Positions 51,290 through 59,861 of a stretch of 64,000 bases of DNA are shown here, piece by piece; the stretch's first letter is position 1, and each line of letters opens with the position of its first letter. This DNA comes from a virus (Duplodnaviria; Caudoviricetes), in the IMG/VR virus record IMGVR_UViG_2906626472_000001, positions 1-64,000 of that record, one strand, 5' to 3'. The translations under genes were made by a program, and so were the position numbers. Under the pieces are notes generated by a model, which was not told the origin of the DNA, did not search any database, and was given only the letters and a program-made list of their open reading frames with translations.

Positions 51290-52345
51290 CGGACTCCTGA
51301 TTGACTTGGGGTTTAGATGGGGGTCACGCCCATCGGAAAACGCGAGCGTTAAGCAGCGCTTTGCGAGAGGCATGCAGACACACTCCGAGCGCAGACAGAG
51401 TCGGCGCCCGGAGCGGTTCGGTTTTGGGGAATTTCGAGAGTTGTTAGCCGGGGGAAAGGCTAGGCCTAGTTCCTCGCAAGTCCGGCCAAGCAAAAACCGC
51501 GGTTAGAATTTCGTCGCGGTCCGTCACTTGGCTAACCTTGAAAGGCTATTGAAAAGCTTCACTGTCCCGGCGGACCGTTGCGCCTCAAAGCATGCCATTG
51601 CGGATAGAGGCGGACTCAACGGTCCCGGTTGAACCACGCTACCAGAGGCCGCAGCATTGCGTTATGTCATGGAGTCGGACCGTGACGGCGCAACGTGTCC
51701 CGGATTATGTGCCGTTGTTTGGCTTTAGTCCCGGGCATTGGGCTTGCATTTGAGAGTCGCGCATTGTCCGATTACTAGCCGGGCAATGCGCCATTCCCGC
51801 AAACGTACAGGGTTGATAGCGTAATTTCCGATACTCTCATATGCCGGGTTACCTAACTTAATAGGCCTTCCCATGTGACAGGTCCGTCACTTGAGCGAGA
51901 GGCGTTGCCATGAACGCGGGAAACTTGCCGGACCATATCGCCACTTAAGGCCGCTACTGTGAAACCCGCTTAGAGCATGCTGGCAAGCCGCGCATATCTC
52001 TAGACCGTTTCACCTAACCAAGCCGCCAAGCTTGGCCGGTAACTTCCTTTCCCTCACAACCCGCGATCTAGTGGCACAATGCCAAGCCCGACTAAGGGGA
52101 CTCTAGATCGCCGATTGCTACCGGTAACCCTGTTAGGGTTAGGGCTTTCGGCCCTACTTGGAAGCGGTAGCTATGTCCCGAAAGTTTCTCGCCTAGCTTT
52201 GCTGCCGGTTCCTACCCGGGCAAGCCCGGGACCAAACCATATTGCAAACGCGGTGCAAGAAACCAAAAGCGAAAGGACTTTGAAGGTAAGTCCGAAGTCC
52301 GTTTCGTTTCGGTCCCGAAGCTTCATTGCTTCAGTGACAACAACG
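51290..52345. ncRNA. Candidate large structured non-coding RNA or leader (~1.05 kb)
   Basis: No credible ORF; nearly continuous nested helices (see findings). Confidence 0.6.
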
Positions 52346-53021
52346 TAGCATCAAAAACATGGTTGGAAAGCGAAAAAAATATTCAATGAAATCAGCAAGT
52401 TAGAAGCCCGAAAATTGCATCTCTTGCATTCTCAGAGCAAAAATCGTGCAACAAAAATGCAAGCAAATCAAAGACTTAGCAGAGTGAAACGACGAGTCGG
52501 CAAGTCTGATTTGCATTCCCTTTGGAAAGTCCCCTGAAATGAATACGAAATGAGAACAAACCTTAGACTTTGGTCTAGTCTCTGATCATTTCGAGTATTC
52601 ATCCGGGCGAGAAAAAGATTTCAAAGTTTCGAAAAGAAGAGGATTTTTTTTATTGACATGGCCCCCTCGTGTGGCCGTCCGCTCCAAACTTCCCACGCCC
52701 AAAAGGCCATTTATCACAAGCGCTTGGACCCCACCCGCCCAAACGGCAGCCCCGTGCTACAGCTGCGGCCCGCCATGCGTTAAATCGCTCCCCGAGCTGG
52801 CTCAGTGCCCCCGATCTGGGAGGCCGCTCCTGGGGCTTCTCTGGCCGTTTGCATTCTAGGGGTGGCCTGCAAAAAGACCCCACCCCGTTTTGGGGCCCCA
52901 TCGGGGCGGCCCGCGTCCCAAAAGGCCGATTTCCGAGTGTAGCGAGGGCTTCGCCCTGATACATGAGACCGAACGCCCGCCGCCCATGGGTAGCGAGCGC
53001 TCCGCGCTGATAGGGAGAACC

Positions 53022-53216
53022 ATGGCCGGCCTCGGGCAACACGACACCATCATCGGCTACCGCGTCGACGAGCTGCGCCGGCTCCTCGCCCTGCGGGACG
53101 AGGTGATGCATGTGCTCAGGCCTGGCGCCGATCGGCCGCGCCGCATCGCGGAGTATCTGTCGCAGCGGCACCTCGCCAGGCGCTTCAAGAGCGTCGAGCC
53201 GGCCAACGATCCGTAG
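53022..53216 (+). CDS. Small hypothetical protein between hairpin repeats
   Basis: GGGAG RBS right after the repeat; stop lies just before the next repeat. Confidence 0.55.
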   Translation: MAGLGQHDTIIGYRVDELRRLLALRDEVMHVLRPGADRPRRIAEYLSQRHLARRFKSVEPANDP

Positions 53217-53237
53217 CTGGGTGGCGAGCGCTCCGCG

Positions 53238-53450
53238 CTAACCGGAAGAGGTTGGTCCCGGCCGCGTGGCCCCGGGGAAGGGGACCACATCGCCGTCCGC
53301 TGCGCGTATCACCGCCTTGGCCATCCGCATCGGGTCGAACCCGAGATCTGCGACCGCGTCGGCTACGCCCTGGCGCTCCAGCTCGGCGACGATCGCCTCG
53401 CTCACCTTCATCAGCCTGGCCAGCTCGGCGGAGCTGTCGGTCATGATCAT
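53238..53450 (-). CDS. Small hypothetical protein between hairpin repeats
   Basis: Stop codon overlaps the repeat end; DVVPFP motif. Confidence 0.55.
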   Translation of the reverse strand: MIMTDSSAELARLMKVSEAIVAELERQGVADAVADLGFDPMRMAKAVIRAADGDVVPFPGATRPGPTSSG

Positions 53451-53528
53451 GCCCTCGGTAAAGCCGAGACCATGGTATCACGCCGGCCGTGGGTAGCGAG
53501 CGCTCCGCGCTGATGGTATCGAGCCGGC

Positions 53529-53945
53529 ATGTGGCAGACCAGGCAATGCGAACACTGCGAGACCCCGTTCACCCGTCGAGACCGGCCGAACCAGCGCTTC
53601 TGCTCGCACGACTGCTCGGTGGCCTTCAAGATTAAGGGCCGCCCGACGAGCCGCCGCTGCGAGTGCTGTCCGACCGTCTTCCCGATCGGTGCCCGGCAGA
53701 AGAACAAGCGCTTCTGCTCGATGCACTGCGTCGGTCTCTGGCGCGAGCGCGAGAAGCGCCTGAACCGGAAACCGGAGCCGCCGAGGATCCGCCGCAAGCC
53801 TGGCCGCCTCGAATGGAAGATCTCCGGCGGCCAGAACAGCCGTGGCATGGCGCCGAGCCCGCGGTCACCGTCGTCGTCGCCGCCCCGCTGGGCTGACCTT
53901 CTGACCAGGCTCGGCTACGCCCGGGTCAGAACCGGGCATGGGTAG
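53529..53945 (+). CDS. Protein with two CxxC...RFCSxxC zinc-ribbon repeats
   Basis: CEHC...RFCSHDC and CECC...RFCSMHC; stop is the TAG of the repeat. Confidence 0.65.
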   Translation: MWQTRQCEHCETPFTRRDRPNQRFCSHDCSVAFKIKGRPTSRRCECCPTVFPIGARQKNKRFCSMHCVGLWREREKRLNRKPEPPRIRRKPGRLEWKISGGQNSRGMAPSPRSPSSSPPRWADLLTRLGYARVRTGHG

Positions 53946-54022
53946 CGAGTGCTCCGCGCTGGACTATTGCAACACTGTCGCGGCGCTGGCAGGAATGCGT
54001 CCATCGTTTTCGGGAGGGGGCA

Positions 54023-54430
54023 ATGGCATCCAGCGACGAACGCGCCAAATTACTCCGAATAAGCCGAGGGCTCGACCGACTAAACAACCCATGTCAATTG
54101 TGTAAGCAACGGGGAGCTATTTCGTCGAAAACACACTTTGCTGCAAATTTCGGATTGGCGTTTACGCGGACTGAAAACCATCTGGAGGGCTACTTTTGCG
54201 GGCCATGCATCCATAAGAAATTTCTGCTTTTTACTTTTATCAATTTGATTGGTTGGTTCGGAATAGTGTCCATCATCAAGGTTCCCATGTTTTTGCTGTC
54301 CAATATTGCGGAGTATGAATTTGCGATCAGGGCTATGCTACGAAAGCGCAAGCAGCGCCTCGCCCTGATTGAGGACTTGCTTGAGAAAGACGCGCAAGCC
54401 CGTCGGAATTTGAGTTCTCGAGGATCCTGA
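54023..54430 (+). CDS. Low-GC membrane protein with CxxC pairs
   Basis: CQLC...CGPC followed by a hydrophobic segment. Confidence 0.6.
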   Translation: MASSDERAKLLRISRGLDRLNNPCQLCKQRGAISSKTHFAANFGLAFTRTENHLEGYFCGPCIHKKFLLFTFINLIGWFGIVSIIKVPMFLLSNIAEYEFAIRAMLRKRKQRLALIEDLLEKDAQARRNLSSRGS

Positions 54431-54663
54431 ATCCGATGACGAAACCACCCAAAGAATTGCGCGATCTCGACAAGCAATTTGAGGCGACCCTAATTGCTGT
54501 TCGAGACCTCTATACTAGAGCGATGGAGCTTGGTGTCAGAGACATCGAACGAGCCTCTGAAGTTGCCCACGATGCCCTTGTAGTTTGCAAGCTAGCTCGA
54601 TTACCCACGTCGTGCCGGACGCCCAGAAGTCGAGGGCATGGGTAGCGAGCGCTCCGCGCTGAT

Positions 54664-54771
54664 CTAACCGAACTGATCCGCCACCCGGCTGAACGCTGGG
54701 TGCTTCCGGTTCTTCACCTTGAACCAGTTGCACGTCGGCGGCCGGTATCGCCGCTCGCCGTGCTTGGAGAC
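54664..54771 (-). pseudogene. Diverged duplicate of the DNA ligase 3' end
   Basis: Translates VSKHGERRYRPPTCNWFKVKNRKHPAFSRVADQFG*, versus VSKHRERRYRSRTCDWIKVKNRKHPAYSRVADQF* at 55593. Confidence 0.8.
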
Positions 54772-54813
54772 AAAGAAAGGCCCTTGAAACTATCGGGCAA
54801 TCCGTAGATCAGT

Positions 54814-55077
54814 GTGGCCATGGAAGACTCCTCGCCCGAAATAATTATTTGTGCTGCTGTTCGTGCTTCCAATGGAAAGGTCATCAGGGGCCATCGACAC
54901 ATTGATGCTGTTCGCGCACTTCAAGCGATGGACGGATATCAGGGTGAACAACCGCATGGTGACGACCAGGGCTTCGTCACGTCAACTAACAGGTTCGTAG
55001 ATCGACGGGAGGCCTATCGGCTACATTTTCCAGACAGAGAAGAACCAGACGAGCTTCGCAGCGACGACCTGTACTGA
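54814..55077 (+). CDS. Hypothetical protein
   Basis: IICAA...GHRH...QGFVTSTNRFVDRREAY...L.SDDLY motif. Confidence 0.6.
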   Translation: MAMEDSSPEIIICAAVRASNGKVIRGHRHIDAVRALQAMDGYQGEQPHGDDQGFVTSTNRFVDRREAYRLHFPDREEPDELRSDDLY

Positions 55078-55096
55078 CTGGGGAAAGAACGCAAAG

Positions 55097-55555
55097 ATGA
55101 AAACTCCAAGACTAAACCTTGTCGTTATTGCTGGCTTGCTCGCAAGCATTTCAGGGGTGAATGCCGGTGATGTGGCTGATAAGCCCGCTGTTTTGTCTGT
55201 CACTTGGTTTGTGGAGGGGCAGCCTCCAGCGACAACCAACACTCCCATGAGCAGCTTAAAGGCGTGCTTGCTGGCGAAGGCTCATGCCGAAGCTGCCGGT
55301 GAGCAGGCTCACAACGAGCGTATTCGTTTGAACGAACAAGATAAGGCTGATGTTTTAGAAGGCCGAGTTTCTAAAGCAGATGAAAAAGGATATTGGCAAG
55401 AAGCCCCCGGCGTTTATGCAGTTGACAAAGAAGGTCAACCGCTCAAACCGAGACCTCCTAAGAAATGGGTAGTCACTGAACTTTCGTCAGAAGCAAAGCG
55501 AAAACTCAAGGGTGTTGCCCCACCTCAACTGAGTGCGTTTTGTATAGAGCAGTGA
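55097..55555 (+). CDS. Secreted low-GC hypothetical protein
   Basis: N-terminal signal peptide. Confidence 0.6.
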   Translation: MKTPRLNLVVIAGLLASISGVNAGDVADKPAVLSVTWFVEGQPPATTNTPMSSLKACLLAKAHAEAAGEQAHNERIRLNEQDKADVLEGRVSKADEKGYWQEAPGVYAVDKEGQPLKPRPPKKWVVTELSSEAKRKLKGVAPPQLSAFCIEQ

Positions 55556-55592
55556 TCTGGGATCGCAAAGGACTGGCAAGTCAGGCGCCGCT

Positions 55593-56186
55593 TCAGAACT
55601 GGTCGGCCACGCGGCTGTAAGCCGGATGCTTTCGGTTCTTCACCTTGATCCAGTCGCAGGTGCGTGATCGGTAGCGCCGCTCGCGGTGCTTCGAGACGAT
55701 CCCCTCCAGCTCCATGCGGCAGGCAGCCTCGAACAGCTGCGGGCCGATCTCGCCCTGTTCGAACGGTGCCACAAAGATACCCTCGGGCCGGCGGTGCAGG
55801 ACTTTGGCAAGCTTTCCCTTGCGCTCGAACAGCGGCAGTTCCCGCAGGTCATCGCCTTCGAGCGCCACGATGTCGAAGGTGTAGAACTGCGCCTCGTCAT
55901 TGTGACGGTTGGAGTGCAGCGCGTTGAAGTCCGAGACCCCCCGCACGTCGAGCACGCAGATCTCGCCGTCGATCACGAAGCTCTTCTGCTTGATCTTCAG
56001 CGCGGCCTCGACGATGAACGGGTAGCGCCAGGTCCAGTCGAGGCCCGACCTGGAGAACACCTTCACGTCCTTGCCATCGCGGACCACGCGCCCGCGGTAG
56101 CCGTCGTACTTGATCTCGTGGATCCAGTCCGGCCCGCTCGGCACCACCTTGCGCATTACAGGTTTGCAATACTCAAATCTAAACAT
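55593..56186 (-). CDS. Minimal ATP-dependent DNA ligase (LigD-like adenylation domain only)
   Basis: HEIKYDGYR, IDGE, FDI, EGIVSK and WIKVK; ends without an OB domain. Confidence 0.85.
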   Translation of the reverse strand: MFRFEYCKPVMRKVVPSGPDWIHEIKYDGYRGRVVRDGKDVKVFSRSGLDWTWRYPFIVEAALKIKQKSFVIDGEICVLDVRGVSDFNALHSNRHNDEAQFYTFDIVALEGDDLRELPLFERKGKLAKVLHRRPEGIFVAPFEQGEIGPQLFEAACRMELEGIVSKHRERRYRSRTCDWIKVKNRKHPAYSRVADQF

Positions 56187-56254
56187 GCGCGGCAGATATG
56201 CATGATCGCCGGAGAGTCGAGTCTGTCCGAAAAACGTACCCAATTTTCTGACAG

Positions 56255-56614
56255 TCACAGCTGCAGCGGCAGCGGCAGCTGCACGCCGATTCTCCGGCCG
56301 ACCTGGCTCTCGATGAAGTCCTGCAGCGCGTCGGATATCTCCCGGCCCTCGGTGCCTATCCGGCGCTCCAGCTCGCGGGCGACGTCCTCGCTGGCATCCC
56401 TCGACCAGCCCTCAGCCGGATTGAAGGCGACGACCCGAAGCACCTGGTCGTACTCGCCCCGGAGGAGGTCTTCGATCAGCGTGGAATAGTCGATCCCTTC
56501 GTCGGTCTCGCGGAAGGCCGCGCCGCTCCTGAAGTCCTCCAGCACAAGGTAGAAATCCTTGTCGAGGCGATCGTTCGGCACGATTGACGGCGAGGCCATA
56601 CGCATGAACTCCAC
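56255..56614 (-). CDS. Conserved rhizobial hypothetical protein
   Basis: YLVLEDF...RETDE...RVVAFNPAEGWSRDASEDVA. Confidence 0.65.
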   Translation of the reverse strand: MEFMRMASPSIVPNDRLDKDFYLVLEDFRSGAAFRETDEGIDYSTLIEDLLRGEYDQVLRVVAFNPAEGWSRDASEDVARELERRIGTEGREISDALQDFIESQVGRRIGVQLPLPLQL

Positions 56615-56640
56615 TGACCGGAGTCCAAGGTATGGGACCG

Positions 56641-56904
56641 TTAACCCGAACGCGAGTCGTTGCTGTCGAGAATCCGCACGTAGGTTCCGCTCTCGTGCAT
56701 CTCCAGGAACTTGCGCCCGATCAGGAAGTCGAGGCCGGCCTTGTACTCAGCCGGGCTGGCGCCGTCGCGGAACAGGAAGGGGTAGTTGATCTTCTCGATG
56801 TGCAGCCGGCCGTCCTGCACGGGCTCGACCTCGCGACAGATATGCATCAGCCGTTTCGCCGCGGCCTCTGGCTTGGCGTAGGGCCGGTCCTCTGCGAGCT
56901 TCAT
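56641..56904 (-). CDS. Hypothetical protein
   Basis: PEAAAKRL...IEKINYPFL...HESGTYV. Confidence 0.6.
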   Translation of the reverse strand: MKLAEDRPYAKPEAAAKRLMHICREVEPVQDGRLHIEKINYPFLFRDGASPAEYKAGLDFLIGRKFLEMHESGTYVRILDSNDSRSG

Positions 56905-57344
56905 GCGCCAATCCCCCGGTGGGCACAGTGAATGTGCTCGTCCTGAGACGCGATGGTGATGAACTCGCCGCAGAAGCACCTGGCCGGCGCTCCTCGTGTC
57001 TGCGTCGGCAAGAACAGCTTCTCCTCGTGCATCTTGTCCTTCCAGGCGTGAAAATCTCGAGACCGTCGCCACTCCTCGAAGTGTTCTTCGGTGCGGGTGG
57101 CGAGCAGCTTCTCCCAGTCCCTCTCGAACCCGGCTCTGGCTTCCTCGAAGCTCTCAGCTGTCCCGGTCGTCGACTGGCCCGGCTCGCATCCGGGGTAGAA
57201 GCCGCAGCTCCAGCCCCACTGCGGAGTGTGGTTAGGGATGCCGGCTCGCTTTGCGATGTGACCGACCCGCACGTCACCCCAGTAGACGAACCAGCCGCCG
57301 GCTCGGTGTGGGTCCTTGTCGGGCTTGCGATGCAGATGGCTCAT
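56901..57344 (-). CDS. Hypothetical protein
   Basis: WGWSCGFYPG...FEEARAGFE and a C-terminal CxC...H motif. Confidence 0.6.
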   Translation of the reverse strand: MSHLHRKPDKDPHRAGGWFVYWGDVRVGHIAKRAGIPNHTPQWGWSCGFYPGCEPGQSTTGTAESFEEARAGFERDWEKLLATRTEEHFEEWRRSRDFHAWKDKMHEEKLFLPTQTRGAPARCFCGEFITIASQDEHIHCAHRGIGA

Positions 57345-57356
57345 GATTTCTCAGGT

Positions 57357-57475
57357 GTGATCGGCATTCACAGGTGTGATCCTCGTTCACAGGGGGGGTG
57401 TGATCCTTGTTCACACCCGATGTGAACCTGGTTCACACCTTTAACCTCCCTATAGAACCTTCCACCATAAGAACC
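57357..57475. repeat. Second iteron cluster (four copies) with rep-like flank, intergenic
   Basis: GTGATCGGCATTCAC, GTGATCCTCGTTCAC (identical to 22940-22954), GTGATCCTTGTTCAC, GTGAACCTGGTTCAC. Confidence 0.8.
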
Positions 57476-57796
57476 ATATCCCCTACCCCTTACGGGGCAG
57501 GGCGCTGGCTGGTCATTCCGGTTCCTTGATGTAGAGCTGGCCGCCGGCCTCGTAGACCATCGCTTGGTCGTTCTTCACCAGCTCGGCCGCGGCGACGAAG
57601 CTCTCGATCGTGACCCGAACGCCATGCCGGTTCCTGCCAATGGCAGCCAGCAGGGTGGTCTTCAGCTTCTCGAATGCGATCTCGTCCTCGGTCATGACCA
57701 GTTCCTATTCCTGCCGGCCGGCGGTTTCAACAGATCGGCCGGAAATACCTCCGAGGTGTTGAAACCGGTCCCCATTTGCATTTTCATTTGCCGGAC

Positions 57797-57852
57797 TTGA
57801 CAAACAGGGGGAGGGTGCTGTACCAGATCAGCTACCGTTAGCATTCGTGCAA
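57797..57852 (+). promoter_or_regulatory. Possible rightward sigma70-like promoter with a downstream dyad motif
   Basis: TTGACA-17 nt-GTACCA; TAGCATTCGTGCAA at 57839-57852. Confidence 0.4.
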
Positions 57853-58896
57853 ACGGGAAACAAGCCCCAGGACATGGCCCGGAACATACGCCGGGACGTT
57901 GGGCGGCGTCCGGACCCACAAACCCCATGCTGCCGCCGCGATGGCGCCCGGCGAGGCGACACGAGTTCGGCATGTCCAGGCGCTTGCATGAATGCAAACG
58001 GAGGAGGACATCGTGACGGCAGACATCGAGTTCCTGATGGTTCTCAGCAGAACCATCCTGCAGCTGATGCTGCTCTCGGGCAGTGCCATCGTCACGGTCC
58101 TGGTCGTCACCCTCGTCGTCTGGCTGTTCGGAGGTCTGCGTGGCTGACCTCCTGCGCGGCGTGTCGCCCGAGCGCAAGGAGAAGATCCTGGCGCGGGCCG
58201 AGGAACTCATCCGCGAAGAGCGGATGCGGCGAGGGCGCTTCGCGCCCCCAGACGAAATCCAAAACGCCGCCGACCCGTTCGAGCTGCGCCCCGCCAACTG
58301 GGTGCTGGCCTCGATGCTCGCCATGGGCGCCGCCACCATCATTGCGCTGATCGCTACCGCCCTGCGTGCGGCAGGCTCCAAAGTTTAACCAGAGCCCGCG
58401 GCCTGCCCCAGGCAGCCCGGGTCACCATTTGAGGCGTGCATGTCTGTGCCTGACGAACTCGTCGATCTCGCGCTCGAAGCGCTGGAGGCCGAAGTCGCGT
58501 GCTGGCGCAAGGTGCCATGGCGCCCAGACTACACCCGCCTGATGCGCTTCTCGGACACCTGCCGCGGTCCCGTTGGACCTGCGGAGGTTACCGAGGAGGA
58601 GGCGACCATCACCTGCCACGACGTGCCAACGCACATGGCTGACGACATGATCGTCCGCTTCGCGATGGAGAAGGTCGTAGAGGCCGTCATCGGCGCCATC
58701 TCGGTCGGAGGTGAGTGATGGCGCGATCGTCTTACGTCTACGTGGTCATGACCAACGGCTCGCCCGAGGCGGCCTTCACGGTCAAGCACGAGCTGGCCAC
58801 CTACCTGAACAAGCGCGACCCCATGAAGCCGCCGTACACCATCTGGCGGCTGCGCGATGGCGGCAAAGAACCCGAACTCACGCAGATCATCGAGCT

Positions 58897-59331
58897 ATGA
58901 CCACAATCGCCTACAAGGACGGAGTGCTCGCTGGCGACACCCTGATGATCAAGGGCTCGACCATCACGGGGCACATCACCAAGATCGTTCGCCGCGAGAG
59001 CGACGGCGCGCTGTGCGGCGGCTCCGGCAATCTCAACTGGCTCCAGGCCTTCCATCGCTGGTTCCTGGACGGCGAGAAGGACGACGAGATGCCCGAGCCG
59101 AGCGAGTATGACAATGCCATCATCGCTCGCAAAGACGATCCCGAAGTCGAGATATTCGAGTTCGGCGGCTCCTTCGTCTTCGAGCCCAACTTCACTGCGA
59201 TCGGCTCCGGCAAGGAATACGCATTCGGCGCCATGAGCGCTGGCGCGGACGCCGAGGAAGCCATCCGGATCGCATGCCTCTACGACCCGGGCACGGGCGG
59301 CGAGGTCCAGGTGGTCCGCCATGACGGCTGA
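58897..59331 (+). CDS. Ntn-hydrolase, HslV/proteasome-beta-like protease
   Basis: M-TTIAY...LAGDT (N-terminal Thr nucleophile) and AIGSG...A.GAM..GA.AEEA. Confidence 0.75.
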   Translation: MTTIAYKDGVLAGDTLMIKGSTITGHITKIVRRESDGALCGGSGNLNWLQAFHRWFLDGEKDDEMPEPSEYDNAIIARKDDPEVEIFEFGGSFVFEPNFTAIGSGKEYAFGAMSAGADAEEAIRIACLYDPGTGGEVQVVRHDG

Positions 59332-59786
59332 CAGCTGCGGATACTGCGAGACCAAGCCGGCCAAGGACACCTGTTCGAAGTGCGGCAAGACACAGGGCGG
59401 CATCGACTGGTTCGGCGCCGCCTTCCGCAAGCTGCGGCTCCGGAAGGGTCATCCCGACCCGGGCATCCTGTGCGGATCATGTGCCGGCGCAATCACCGGC
59501 AAGGAAATTGGGGAGAAGGTCCTTGGCGGAAAAGATTGATCCGATCTCGACCAGCCCCAAGGCGATGCAAGCCTACCAGCTCATGAAGATCCTCGACCCG
59601 CTGGTCGGGGTGGCTGAGGCCGCGTTCTTCATGCAGCGTGCAAACGACCTATGCGGCGGCGTCACGCCCGTCACGGCAATCAAAGAAGGCCGGATCGACG
59701 AGGTTACGCGAGCCGTGCAGGCGGTCGCCTGCGAGAAGGGCGTCTTCGCCGACCCGTGGCTGCCGCCGAAGACGCGACGCTGAATT

Positions 59787-59861
59787 GCTGGGGTAGCTCA
59801 ACGGTAGAGCGCCTGGCTTCCAACCAGGTGGTTGTGGGTTCGAGCCCCACCCCTCGCTCCA
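59787..59861 (+). tRNA. tRNA-Gly(TCC)
   Basis: Cloverleaf with CCTGG-CTTCCAA-CCAGG anticodon arm, GTTCGA T-loop, U73 and CCA; T3-C70 mismatch. Confidence 0.85.

Larger units (their letters stand above)
52939..54660. repeat. Six direct repeats GTRGCG-AGSGC-TYC-GCSCT (5-bp-stem triloop hairpins)
   Basis: Copies at 52939-52957, 52987-53008, 53218-53239, 53490-53511, 53939-53960 and 54639-54660. Confidence 0.9.

Noticed and set aside
51287-52348. N-terminal extension of the 50666 ORF to 51493 and ORF 52079..52348
   Set aside because: A good RBS supports the 51286 start; the extra frames lack phage codon bias and lie within the helical region
52939-54660. CRISPR array
   Set aside because: Repeat spacing is 51-700 bp and the intervals contain ORFs; no uniform spacers and no cas genes
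6768-57997. TTGCW motif as sigma54 promoters
   Set aside because: No GG at the -24 position (10 nt before the GC) in the copies checked
58711-58896. Upstream extension of the protease ORF
   Set aside because: Overlaps the 58715..58900 ORF; an Ntn hydrolase needs Thr at the N-terminus, which supports the start at 58897
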